From NCBI GenBank assembly GCA_963715915.1, contig CAVQSU010000006.1, forward strand, positions 50,254 through 114,253: a stretch of 64,000 nucleotides of DNA. Reading direction: 5' to 3'. Shown piece after piece: positions 1-7,959 of the stretch; position 1 is the stretch's first letter, and each line of letters starts with the position of its first letter. This DNA comes from an uncultured Chloroflexia bacterium (GTDB taxonomy: Bacteria > Chloroflexota > Anaerolineae > Anaerolineales > Anaerolineaceae). The position numbers were made by a program, and so were the translations under genes. The notes under the pieces are model-generated. The model was not told where the DNA came from. It saw only the letters and a list, made by a program, of their open reading frames with translations, and searched no databases.

Positions 1-1
1 C

Positions 2-859
2 GATGAAATTTTTTACGCTGAATTTAGCAGTAATTCAGGGGCTTTTCGAGTAAATCAGCAAGGTACACAAAAATTAAATTTCATTGATGCGCAGGATCCT
101 GTATACATTGCTATATCTCCCGATAAACAGAAAATTGCCTGGTCAACCAGCAGTTGGGGAATGGGTAATCTTAGAACTGAAATTTTTTATGCAAATCTGG
201 ATGGTAGTAACCAACAGCTGATCGATTCCATATCTGCTGACGAACAGAATGATCTGAACCTTAATTTCTTCCCGGTTCGCTGGACAAATGATGGACGCCT
301 GATTTATGCCACCGGGATGACGGGTATTGGTGGTTATATGCTTTTCTGGGGATATAATGGTATGTCCGTTTTTAATCCATTGAATAATACGATTAGAACC
401 CTGGTAGATGATCAGGAACGCTTGGGGATTTGTTTAAGCAGCATTTCAGATGATCTGACAAAAATCGCTATTGTCTGTGGGGATAATGGCAATGTGCGTG
501 TTCGCACGCTGAGCACAGGGACAGAAACGTTATTTCCCATTATTGAAGATCAGGTGCTGGCAGGCGCAGCGCGTTTTTCCCCTTCCGGAGATTGGCTGGC
601 ATATGTCGTTCAACGGGCTGATCCCATGCAGGAATTGGGCAAGATTGTTGTGGTCCCGGTGGATGGTAGTCTACCTCCACAGGTTTTGACAACCGTTGAG
701 GATGGATCATTTATCGTGGAAGGATGGGTAAATGAGGATTATTTATTGGTGACGAGAAGCTATATGTCTTCCAGCGAGATCAGTGTATTAAAGTTAAACC
801 GTGATGGTAACGAAGTGATGCAAATCGCTGAAGGTAAGTTTATGGATTTTATTCCGTAG
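2..859 (+). CDS. PD40/TolB-like beta-propeller repeat protein (5' end cut by window edge)
   Basis: The frame is open from nt 2 (DEIFYAEFSS...) into the listed ORF 161..859. It carries repeated SPDxxxIAW / FSPSGDWLAYV motifs typical of PD40/TolB-type propeller blades. Confidence 0.6.
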   Translation, partial: DEIFYAEFSSNSGAFRVNQQGTQKLNFIDAQDPVYIAISPDKQKIAWSTSSWGMGNLRTEIFYANLDGSNQQLIDSISADEQNDLNLNFFPVRWTNDGRLIYATGMTGIGGYMLFWGYNGMSVFNPLNNTIRTLVDDQERLGICLSSISDDLTKIAIVCGDNGNVRVRTLSTGTETLFPIIEDQVLAGAARFSPSGDWLAYVVQRADPMQELGKIVVVPVDGSLPPQVLTTVEDGSFIVEGWVNEDYLLVTRSYMSSSEISVLKLNRDGNEVMQIAEGKFMDFIP

Positions 860-941
860 AATTTTTTAAAATACACTTACAACAACTCGTTTAAGAAGTA
901 ATGGCTTATTGGGAAAAGATTGTACGGAAATTTTCGCATGG

Positions 942-969
942 TTGACACCATTCTGTTCTCTATTATAAT
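942..969 (+). promoter_or_regulatory. Sigma-70-type promoter for the metal ABC transporter operon
   Basis: TTGACA (942-947), a 16-nt spacer, then TATAAT (964-969). It lies about 35 nt upstream of the ATG at 1005. Confidence 0.55.
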
Positions 970-974
970 TGAAA

Positions 975-991
975 TTGAAAATGATTTTCAA
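975..991. promoter_or_regulatory. Fur-family (Zur-like) operator palindrome
   Basis: TTGAAAATgATTTTCAA is a perfect 8-1-8 palindrome of Fur/Zur-box type (TGAnAATnATTnTCA). It sits immediately downstream of the -10 box of a Zn/Mn uptake operon. Confidence 0.5.
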
Positions 992-1004
992 TAAGGTAGG
1001 AAGA

Positions 1005-1946
1005 ATGAGAAAGAATATCATGATTATTTCGATACTGGTAGCATCACTCATATTGCTGGTATCTGCTTGCCAGGTGAATCCTGTTGCCAATCAAGCTGAT
1101 CAAACTGACATTAAAGCGATTGCAGTCGAGTCATTTCTGGCTGATATTGTTCAAAATGTTGCTGGTAATCGATTGATGATTGAAACCCTGATCCCTGAAG
1201 GATTGGATCCGCATTCATTTGAGCCGACACCCAAAGATGTGGCTAAGATCAGTGATAGTGACATTCTTTTTATAAATGGAGCAGGTTTGGAAGAATGGCT
1301 GGTGGATATCCTGGAAAATTTGCCAGCTGACCAGAAGATTGTTGAAGCTTCTGCTGGTTTACAAAGCAGAACCATTGAAGAAGGACATTCCGAGGATGAT
1401 GGTCATGATCATGAAACAGATCCTCATTTTTGGTTGGATCCAAACCTGGTAGTAACCTATGTACAGAATATCCGAGATGGATTAATCACTGTCGATCCAG
1501 CAGGAAAAGATATTTATTCTGCCAATGCAGAAGCTTACATCCAACAATTAAAAGAGTTAGATGCTTACATCCAGGAAAAAATTGCAACGATTCCAGCTGA
1601 GAAACGACTGATTGTTACCAATCATGAAAGTTTCGGATATTTTGCTGATCGATATGGATTTAAAATAGTTGGCACCATCATCCATAGTGTCAGCACTGGT
1701 TCATCCCCCTCAGCGCAACAATTGGCTGCCTTGGTGGATCAGATGCAAGCGTCAGGTGCCACAGCTATCTTTATGGAAACGGGTTCCAATCCGCAATTAG
1801 CAGAACAGCTTTCAAACGAAACAGGCATTAAAGTTGTTTATGATCTTTATACCCATTCGATCAGTGAAGCCGATGGGAATGCACCATCGTATATAGATTT
1901 GATGAAGTATAATGTGGATCAAATGGTCAGAGCCCTGGCCGAATAA
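1005..1946 (+). CDS. znuA: Metal (Zn/Mn) ABC transporter substrate-binding lipoprotein, ZnuA/TroA family
   Basis: It has a signal peptide with a lipobox-like LVSAC and the cluster-9 SBP fold motifs. A His/Asp-rich loop (EEGHSEDDGHDHETDPHFW) is typical of ZnuA. I moved the start to ATG 1005, which has the RBS AGGTAGGAAG, because the listed start at 969 lies inside the -10 box. Confidence 0.8.
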   Translation: MRKNIMIISILVASLILLVSACQVNPVANQADQTDIKAIAVESFLADIVQNVAGNRLMIETLIPEGLDPHSFEPTPKDVAKISDSDILFINGAGLEEWLVDILENLPADQKIVEASAGLQSRTIEEGHSEDDGHDHETDPHFWLDPNLVVTYVQNIRDGLITVDPAGKDIYSANAEAYIQQLKELDAYIQEKIATIPAEKRLIVTNHESFGYFADRYGFKIVGTIIHSVSTGSSPSAQQLAALVDQMQASGATAIFMETGSNPQLAEQLSNETGIKVVYDLYTHSISEADGNAPSYIDLMKYNVDQMVRALAE

Positions 1947-1954
1947 CGGAAACC

Positions 1955-2740
1955 ATGGAAAATCTAACAGAATCAGCTTATCTGGATATAGAAAATATTG
2001 AAGCCGGTTATAACGGTGAATCAGTGCTAAAAAAAATCAGTTTTTCGGTACCAGCTGGGCAATCACTGGCTGTTGTTGGTCCGAATGGCGCTGGAAAATC
2101 GACTTTATTCAAAGTCCTGGTGGGTTTAATACCGATTCGTTCTGGAACTGTTAAAATCCATGGGAAGCCGTTAGGGTATCACCTTGATTGTGTTGCTTAT
2201 GTGCCACAACGCGAAGCGATTGATTGGAAATTTCCGGTAACGGTGCTGGATGTTGTAGTGATGGGGCGATTTGGAAAATTAAAATGGCTGCAAAAACCTC
2301 GCAAGGAAGATATTGAAATTGCGCTTCACAGCCTAGAACAAATGGGGATTAGAGATCTGGCGAAGAACTCCATAGAAGATCTATCAGGTGGTCAACAACA
2401 ACGGGTTTTTCTGGCAAGAGCTCTGGCTCAGAATCCGCATATACTCTTGTTAGATGAACCTTTCACCGGTGTAGATGCCAGTACACAGGAAACCACCATG
2501 AATCTGCTGGAAGAATTGCATCAAAAAGGTGTCACTACCATGGTTTCAACCCATGATCTTAACATGGCAGCCACACGATTTGCTCAGGTGTTGCTGATCA
2601 ATCGCAAAATCATTGCTTATGGAAGACCTGATGAGGTTTTTACCCCCGAAAATTTACAGGTTGGTTTTGGTGGGCAGGTACTCTCCATGCATGGTGTGAT
2701 GGTGGTGGATGAATGCTGTCCACCGGATGATCTCAGGTGA
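1955..2740 (+). CDS. znuC: Metal ABC transporter ATP-binding protein
   Basis: Walker A GPNGAGKST, ABC signature LSGGQQQR and Walker B ILLLDEP are all present. It is adjacent to the SBP and permease genes. Confidence 0.88.
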   Translation: MENLTESAYLDIENIEAGYNGESVLKKISFSVPAGQSLAVVGPNGAGKSTLFKVLVGLIPIRSGTVKIHGKPLGYHLDCVAYVPQREAIDWKFPVTVLDVVVMGRFGKLKWLQKPRKEDIEIALHSLEQMGIRDLAKNSIEDLSGGQQQRVFLARALAQNPHILLLDEPFTGVDASTQETTMNLLEELHQKGVTTMVSTHDLNMAATRFAQVLLINRKIIAYGRPDEVFTPENLQVGFGGQVLSMHGVMVVDECCPPDDLR

Positions 2741-2744
2741 GCAT

Positions 2745-3575
2745 ATGATTGAATTTATCACATCTCCCTTTACTTATTCCTTCATGCAACGTGGTTTCTT
2801 AGCGGCTTTGTTGGTTGGGATTCTGTGTTCCGTGGTGGGCGTTTATATCGTTTTAAGGGGGATGGCATTTCTGGGCGATGCGCTTGCACACGCCATCTTG
2901 CCAGGTGTGGCGATTGCATATTTGTTGGGTGGTAACCTAATCCTGGGGGCATTTGTCGCTGCCATCGCTGTCGCCATCGGAATTGGATTTTTCTCGAATG
3001 AAGGCACGATCAAAGAGGATACGGCCATAGGTATTCTTTTCTCAGCTGCTTTTGCTTTAGGCATAGCGCTCATCAGCAGCATTCGTACTTACGCTGTGGA
3101 TTTAAGTCATATTCTATTTGGAAATGTGCTCGGCGTCAGTGAAAAAGACCTGGTCTTTACCGCTGCGTTGACAGTTATCATTCTTATCATCGTCGCTGTA
3201 AATTACAAACAGTTTATGGTGATTTCATTTGATCCCATTCTGGCAACCATGATGCGATTGCCAGTGCAATTTTTACGCTATTTAATGCTGGTTATGTTGG
3301 GGTTAACGGTAGTGGTTTCCATTCAGACAGTGGGGGTGGGGCTGGCTGCCGCCATGCTGGTGACGCCGGCTGCTTCTGCTTATCTGCTAACCCGACGTTT
3401 ACCCAGTATGATGATTGTATCCGCAACCATTGGCGGCATTTCCAGTGTGGTGGGTTTATATATCAGCTATTATATTAATATTGCGTCTGGTTCAGCGATT
3501 GTTTTAACAGCTACCCTGATCTTCTTGTTGGCTTTTACTTTTTCTCCTCGTCGTGGAAAAATAAGTCATTCATAA
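2745..3575 (+). CDS. znuB: Metal ABC transporter permease (ABC-3 family)
   Basis: A polytopic membrane protein with a ZnuB/TroC-like sequence (FMQRGFLAALLVG..., LGDALAHAILPGVA). ATG 2745 follows the ATPase stop by 4 nt. Confidence 0.88.
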   Translation: MIEFITSPFTYSFMQRGFLAALLVGILCSVVGVYIVLRGMAFLGDALAHAILPGVAIAYLLGGNLILGAFVAAIAVAIGIGFFSNEGTIKEDTAIGILFSAAFALGIALISSIRTYAVDLSHILFGNVLGVSEKDLVFTAALTVIILIIVAVNYKQFMVISFDPILATMMRLPVQFLRYLMLVMLGLTVVVSIQTVGVGLAAAMLVTPAASAYLLTRRLPSMMIVSATIGGISSVVGLYISYYINIASGSAIVLTATLIFLLAFTFSPRRGKISHS

Positions 3576-3603
3576 AACGCTATCCAATTAAATAAGGTGA
3601 AGC

Positions 3604-4459
3604 ATGCGCAGTGATCTACAGGTTTTGAATCAAATCATGGATTTTGCTCAAAATGATGCAAACATTCGTGCAGTCATTATGAATGGATCCCGGGTAAATC
3701 CTAATGTAGAACATGATATTTTTTGTGACTATGATATTGTTTGCTTTGTTCACGATCTGGAAAAATATGTCGGAGATCAAAGTTGGATGCCAGCTTTTGG
3801 TGAACTTGTCATTATGCAATTCAACCGCCATGATGATTATCCTGAGGATCAATTTATTTTTTTAATGCAATTTACAGATGGCGTTCGGATCGATCTGTCT
3901 TTTGCTTCTATTAAAATGATTGAACCTTCGCTAAAAGATAGTCTAACGGTGGTTTTAATGGATAAGGATGGAATGATTCCATCATTGCCGGACCCGACCG
4001 ATGCAAGTTATATTACCCAGAAACCCAGCCAGACAGAATATGATCTGGTGGTAAATGAATTCTGGTGGGTATCCACCTATGTTGCCAAAGGTTTATGGCG
4101 TCAGCAACCCATCTATAGCCAAATATACCTTAGAAATCGTCCTCGATTGTTTGAATACAATGGTTTCCTGGTATATCGCTTTGCAACATGATTGGAAAAT
4201 CAATACAGGTAAATTTGGCAAATACTTTGGTAAATTTTTACCCTTGGATCTATGGAATGATTTATTGCAAACGTATGTTGGTATAGATGAAGATGCAATC
4301 TGGCAGGCTTTGTTTAAAGCGGGGAATATCATGAGGCAGATTGGTGTGTCTGTCGCAGAAAACCTTGGATATGCATACCATTATGAGGAAGATGACCGGG
4401 TGACTGCATATTTGCAGCATGTGATGAATTTGCCAAAAGATGCGCAGTCATTTGATTGA
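3604..4459 (+). pseudogene. Aminoglycoside 6-adenylyltransferase ANT(6)/AadK family, interrupted by one frameshift near 4117
   Basis: The N-terminal part (ORF 3604..4191) aligns by recall to B. subtilis AadK up to NEFWWVSTYVAKGL. The remainder (AKYTLEIVLDCLNTMVSWYIALQ...MNLPKDAQSFD) continues in the +1 frame (ORF 4055..4459). Confidence 0.75.
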
Positions 4460-4477
4460 AAATTACCAAGGACTTAA

Positions 4478-4670
4478 GGTGCGTTGCACTTAGGGAGAAT
4501 AAGTCTACATCGTTTGGTCTATGGTGATTGTAAACTTAGAAACCAAAAGTGCATTGCACCTCGGATTGGAGCTCACGCAGGGATAGGTGCAGCGCACTTC
4601 TGCCAGTTTGATGGAGGGGGTATTCTTCTGAAGACCGTATGGGTTGGTTGACCGTTAAGTGCAATGCACC
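4478..4670. repeat. Four copies of a 14-nt palindromic element GGTGC-N3-GCACTT in alternating orientation
   Basis: The copies lie at 4478-4491 (+), 4547-4560 (-), 4586-4599 (+) and 4657-4670 (-). Copies 1/2 and 3/4 are mutually complementary at 12 of 14 positions and bracket about 55-nt inserts. Confidence 0.6.
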
Positions 4671-4674
4671 AGAT

Positions 4675-4713
4675 AAAAAACTGATCCAAAAGTCATTTCG
4701 ACTTTTGGATCAG
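4675..4713 (-). terminator. Intrinsic terminator of the 2-oxoacid oxidoreductase operon
   Basis: A perfect 14-bp stem (CTGATCCAAAAGTC / GACTTTTGGATCAG) with a 5-nt loop, followed on the minus strand by TTTTTT. It lies 24 nt past the stop of the gamma subunit gene. Confidence 0.8.
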
Positions 4714-4736
4714 TAACTTCATTTGTAAATAAAAGT

Positions 4737-5300
4737 TTACGCTGAGATCGTGGCAGCTACATATGTTCCACCGCGCTGCATGGCTTCTTTGTTGAGTTGT
4801 AATAATTTCTGATGTCGTTCAGGCAGGTGTTCTTTGAGTGCTTTTTCAACAGCAGCAACAGGTAAAATATTCAGGTTAGCTAACAATGCGCCTAACAAAA
4901 CCATGTTGGTCATGCGCTTGTCACCTAATTCTTCTGCAATGCTATTGGCTGGCACCATGGCAACTTTGATATCACTACGCCTGACATCGCGATCCACCAT
5001 GGATTGATTGACCACCAGAACACCACCGTCCTTCACTTTGTGTTCATATTTATCCAGGGAAGGCAGGTTCATGGCAATCACAGCAAAAGGACGACTGACC
5101 ATTGGCGATCCGATCTCTTCATCACTGATCACCACCGTACAATTGGCGGTACCTCCCCGCATTTCCGGGCCATAGGAGGGAATCCAGGTAACCTGCAGGC
5201 CCTCGTCCATGGCAGCATAAGTCAGTAGTTGACCAGCGAATAAGACACCCTGACCACCAAAACCTGCAATAATAATCTCTTTTTGCATTTCTTCCTCCAC
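4737..5300 (-). CDS. korC: 2-oxoacid:ferredoxin oxidoreductase, gamma subunit
   Basis: Sequence typical of the POR/KOR gamma subunit ([18 protein letters not shown]...EMRGGTANC). It is the last gene of a delta-alpha-beta-gamma operon. Confidence 0.85.
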   Translation of the reverse strand: MEEEMQKEIIIAGFGGQGVLFAGQLLTYAAMDEGLQVTWIPSYGPEMRGGTANCTVVISDEEIGSPMVSRPFAVIAMNLPSLDKYEHKVKDGGVLVVNQSMVDRDVRRSDIKVAMVPANSIAEELGDKRMTNMVLLGALLANLNILPVAAVEKALKEHLPERHQKLLQLNKEAMQRGGTYVAATISA

Positions 5301-6080
5301 CTATACCTTTAACTCTTTAAGTGCTGGATTGACCTTGTAATCACCGATGGGATAGTAGGGAATCATTGCATCTTCCACCCATTTGAGTGCCTGAACAGGT
5401 GTCATTCCCCAATTGGTTGGGCAGGTGGAGAGCAGTTCGACCAATGAAAAGCCCAGACCATTCCTTTGTGTTTCGAATGCCAGGCGAATAGATTTTTTTG
5501 CCATGCGCACATTCTTGGGATCATGTAAACTGCGGCGAACAACGTAACCAGCACCATCCAGGGTTGCCAGCATTTCAGCAGTGCGGATGGGGAACCCGGC
5601 TACTTCAACATCACGTCCACTGGGAGAAGAGGATGTTTTCTGACCCGGCAACGTCGTGGGTGCCATCTGACCACCCGTCATACCATAATTGGCGTTATTC
5701 AAGAAGATTACCGTGATGTTTTCTCCACGGGCAGCGGCAGCAACAATTTCACCCATCCCAATCGATGCCAGATCTCCATCTCCCTGATATGTCATCACAA
5801 AGCGATGTGGTAGTACTCGTTTGATACCGGTAGCCATGGCAGGGGCACGTCCATGCGGCGCCTGGACAAAATCAAAATCAAAATAATTGTAGGCAAACAC
5901 TGAACAACCAACTGAAGCAACGCCTACCATATTGCCTTTGATACCCATTTCATCGATCACTTCAGCTACCAGACGATGTGCAACACCATGGGTACACCCA
6001 GGGCAATAATGGGTCTGGACATATGCCAGTGATTCTGGCCGATCATAAACTAATTGTTCTTCCAATTGTAAATTTTCCAT
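5301..6080 (-). CDS. korB: 2-oxoacid:ferredoxin oxidoreductase, beta (TPP-binding) subunit
   Basis: Contains the TPP-binding GDG motif ([11 protein letters not shown]) and the N-terminal CPGCTHG cluster motif. Confidence 0.9.
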   Translation of the reverse strand: MENLQLEEQLVYDRPESLAYVQTHYCPGCTHGVAHRLVAEVIDEMGIKGNMVGVASVGCSVFAYNYFDFDFVQAPHGRAPAMATGIKRVLPHRFVMTYQGDGDLASIGMGEIVAAAARGENITVIFLNNANYGMTGGQMAPTTLPGQKTSSSPSGRDVEVAGFPIRTAEMLATLDGAGYVVRRSLHDPKNVRMAKKSIRLAFETQRNGLGFSLVELLSTCPTNWGMTPVQALKWVEDAMIPYYPIGDYKVNPALKELKV

Positions 6081-6090
6081 TCCAGACCTC

Positions 6091-7203
6091 CTAATTCAAC
6101 TTTCCAAATTTTGCCAACCAGCGGTCACGTGGATGCCCATCCATTATTGCCGGTTCATTGACCATTCGGGTAATTTCTGCTTCTATTTCTTCTGGCATCG
6201 GTAGAATACCACCCATGCGACCATAGAATTCGACAGGAATTTGTCGGCGGGTAATATTCAATACATCCTCCAGCATCTGACCGGCGTTCATCTCAATGAC
6301 CAACATTCCTTTGAGCCGTTTACTGAGTTCAAATAATTCCTGTTCCGGATACGGAGCCAGAGAGACAGGTCGGAATAATCCAACCTTGATACCTTTTGCT
6401 CGTGCTGAACGAACTGCAGATAGAGCAATTCGACCAGATGTACCAAATCCCACAACTGCATATTCTGCATCATCCAGATAGTATTCTTTATATTGAACCT
6501 CATTGGCTTTTATTTCCTGCCAGCGGCGTTCCAAACGAAAATTTGTTTCTTCTTGTTGGGGAGGATCAAGGTATATTGATGACAAAATTCGTTTTTCCCT
6601 TCCTTCAGATCCATAAGTCGCCCAATCAGGGGTACGCATAATGGCTGGTTTCATTTCTGGTAATTCAGCCGGTTCCATCATCTGTCCCAATGAGCCATCT
6701 GCCAGAATGACAACGATCGAACGATATTTTTCAGCCAGATCGAAAGCTCCATATGTTAAATCGATGGCTTCCTGAATGTTGGCAGGGGCCAGAACAATGG
6801 GATGATAATCCCCATGCCCGCCACCGTGTACGATCTGATTGTAATCTGCCTGTGCCGGGGCGATATTTCCCAGACCAGGTCCTCCACGCATGACATCTAC
6901 AATCACTACCGGTAATTCGGTTCCAGCGATATATGAAATACCTTCCATCATCAAACTTGTCCCCGGACTGGAGGATGAACTCATTACTCGTGCGCCGGTG
7001 CATGCGGCCCCATAAACCATATTGACAGCCCCCAATTCACTCTCGGCTTGTAAAAATGTACGGCCTAACTCCGGCATGCGGGATGAAAGATATTCCAGCA
7101 ATTCTGTTTGTGGGGTGATGGGGTAACCATAATAAGCATTTAAACCTGCTCTAACAGCTGCTTCTGCAATGGCAACATTGCCTTTCATTAATTCTTTCGC
7201 CAT
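6091..7203 (-). CDS. korA: 2-oxoacid:ferredoxin oxidoreductase, alpha subunit
   Basis: The N-terminus ([29 protein letters not shown]) and overall length are typical of KorA/PorA-type alpha subunits. Confidence 0.9.
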   Translation of the reverse strand: MAKELMKGNVAIAEAAVRAGLNAYYGYPITPQTELLEYLSSRMPELGRTFLQAESELGAVNMVYGAACTGARVMSSSSSPGTSLMMEGISYIAGTELPVVIVDVMRGGPGLGNIAPAQADYNQIVHGGGHGDYHPIVLAPANIQEAIDLTYGAFDLAEKYRSIVVILADGSLGQMMEPAELPEMKPAIMRTPDWATYGSEGREKRILSSIYLDPPQQEETNFRLERRWQEIKANEVQYKEYYLDDAEYAVVGFGTSGRIALSAVRSARAKGIKVGLFRPVSLAPYPEQELFELSKRLKGMLVIEMNAGQMLEDVLNITRRQIPVEFYGRMGGILPMPEEIEAEITRMVNEPAIMDGHPRDRWLAKFGKLN

Positions 7204-7217
7204 TTTTATCCTCTTTC

Positions 7218-7451
7218 CTATTGAGATCGGGACTTGACTTCACGATAGACAATTATCGCAGCTTCCGGACAAACAATGGCACAGATGCCACAACCCGTGC
7301 AACCCTGTTCAATCAACTCAACTGGATGGTACCCCTTAATGTTTAATCGCTCGGGCGTAAGTGCCAGAACTCCCTGTGGGCATTCATCCACACAAATTTC
7401 GCAACCTTTACAATAATTATCTCTTACTTCAATTCGTCCCTTGGGGGGCAT
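7218..7451 (-). CDS. korD: 4Fe-4S dicluster ferredoxin-type delta subunit
   Basis: It has two CxxCxxCxxxCP motifs ([12 protein letters not shown] and [12 protein letters not shown]). I set the start at the internal ATG 7451, which is preceded by GGAGG; the listed ORF extends to 7502. Confidence 0.8.
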   Translation of the reverse strand: MPPKGRIEVRDNYCKGCEICVDECPQGVLALTPERLNIKGYHPVELIEQGCTGCGICAIVCPEAAIIVYREVKSRSQ

Positions 7452-7635
7452 AGTTCCTCCTAACCAGGAATTTCCTATATCTCGGATAAAATCAGTAAAC
7501 AATAGACTATTTCATTATCAGTTCTGAGGTGATTTTTGGTAAGTGTCTATTGTCATCAGGGCCAGTCACAATTTTCCTTGCTTAAGTCACTGAGATTTCA
7601 TCAATTTTATCCTGTTTATTCTAGCATTTCAGAGT

Positions 7636-7663
7636 TTGACAGTTGCAAAAAATTATCTATAAT
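7636..7663 (+). promoter_or_regulatory. Consensus sigma-70 promoter for the AOR leader
   Basis: TTGACA (7636-7641), a 16-nt spacer, then TATAAT (7658-7663). It lies about 80 nt upstream of the riboswitch-like element. Confidence 0.55.
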
Positions 7664-7740
7664 GAAAGTTGATACGATATCATTTCACTCTATCTATATC
7701 ATGAATTCTATTATCGGTTTTCAAACATAGTTCATTTAAT

Positions 7741-7830
7741 ATCCTCCGATTCGTTGATTCCGTCCCGGATAAACGAACGATAAGGCAAGGAGAGCAATTT
7801 CCTTCGCCCGCCAGTGCGCAAAGGAGGTAA
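7741..7830 (+). ncRNA. Candidate Moco/Tuco (molybdenum/tungsten cofactor) riboswitch aptamer
   Basis: CCUCCGA (7743-7749) ... GCCCGCC (7805-7811) ... GCAAAGGAGG (7818-7827) matches, from recall, the conserved blocks of the Moco RNA motif. P1 would be CCUCC/GGAGG. Internal hairpins are UUCGUU..AACGAA and AAGGA..UCCUU. It sits in the 5' leader of a tungsten-type AOR gene. Confidence 0.65.
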
Positions 7831-7860
7831 GGTTAACCAGATTTGGTCAACCTTTGCTTT
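7831..7860 (+). terminator. Putative expression-platform terminator of the riboswitch
   Basis: The hairpin GGTTAACCA-gatt-TGGTCAACC has one mismatch and is followed by TTTGCTTTGCG. It starts directly after the aptamer's 3' GGAGG. Confidence 0.4.
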
Positions 7861-7959
7861 GCGTATTTATATATTATCGAACCAAGGAGGAAAATACAAA
7901 ACATTTTTATCAAAATCAAATCTCATTGTTCATTTGAAAAATTTTGAAAGGAGAGTACG

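Noticed and set aside
969-1004. The listed start of the ZnuA-like ORF at 969 (MKLKMIFNKVGRM...).
   Set aside because: Those codons overlap the -10 box and the Zur-like palindrome. ATG 1005 has an RBS and starts a proper signal peptide.
4478-4670. A CRISPR-like array or a set of transcription-factor operators, as explanations for the four GGTGC-N3-GCACTT copies.
   Set aside because: The repeats are only 14 nt, alternate in orientation, and have unequal spacers (55, 25 and 57 nt), so this is not a CRISPR array. The location downstream of two convergent genes makes promoter operators unlikely.
7536-7730. A 64-aa plus-strand ORF in the kor/aor divergent region.
   Set aside because: It contains the consensus -35/-10 promoter (7636-7663) within its body. 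It starts with a non-ATG codon, lacks an SD, and runs into the riboswitch leader. The region is better explained as regulatory DNA.
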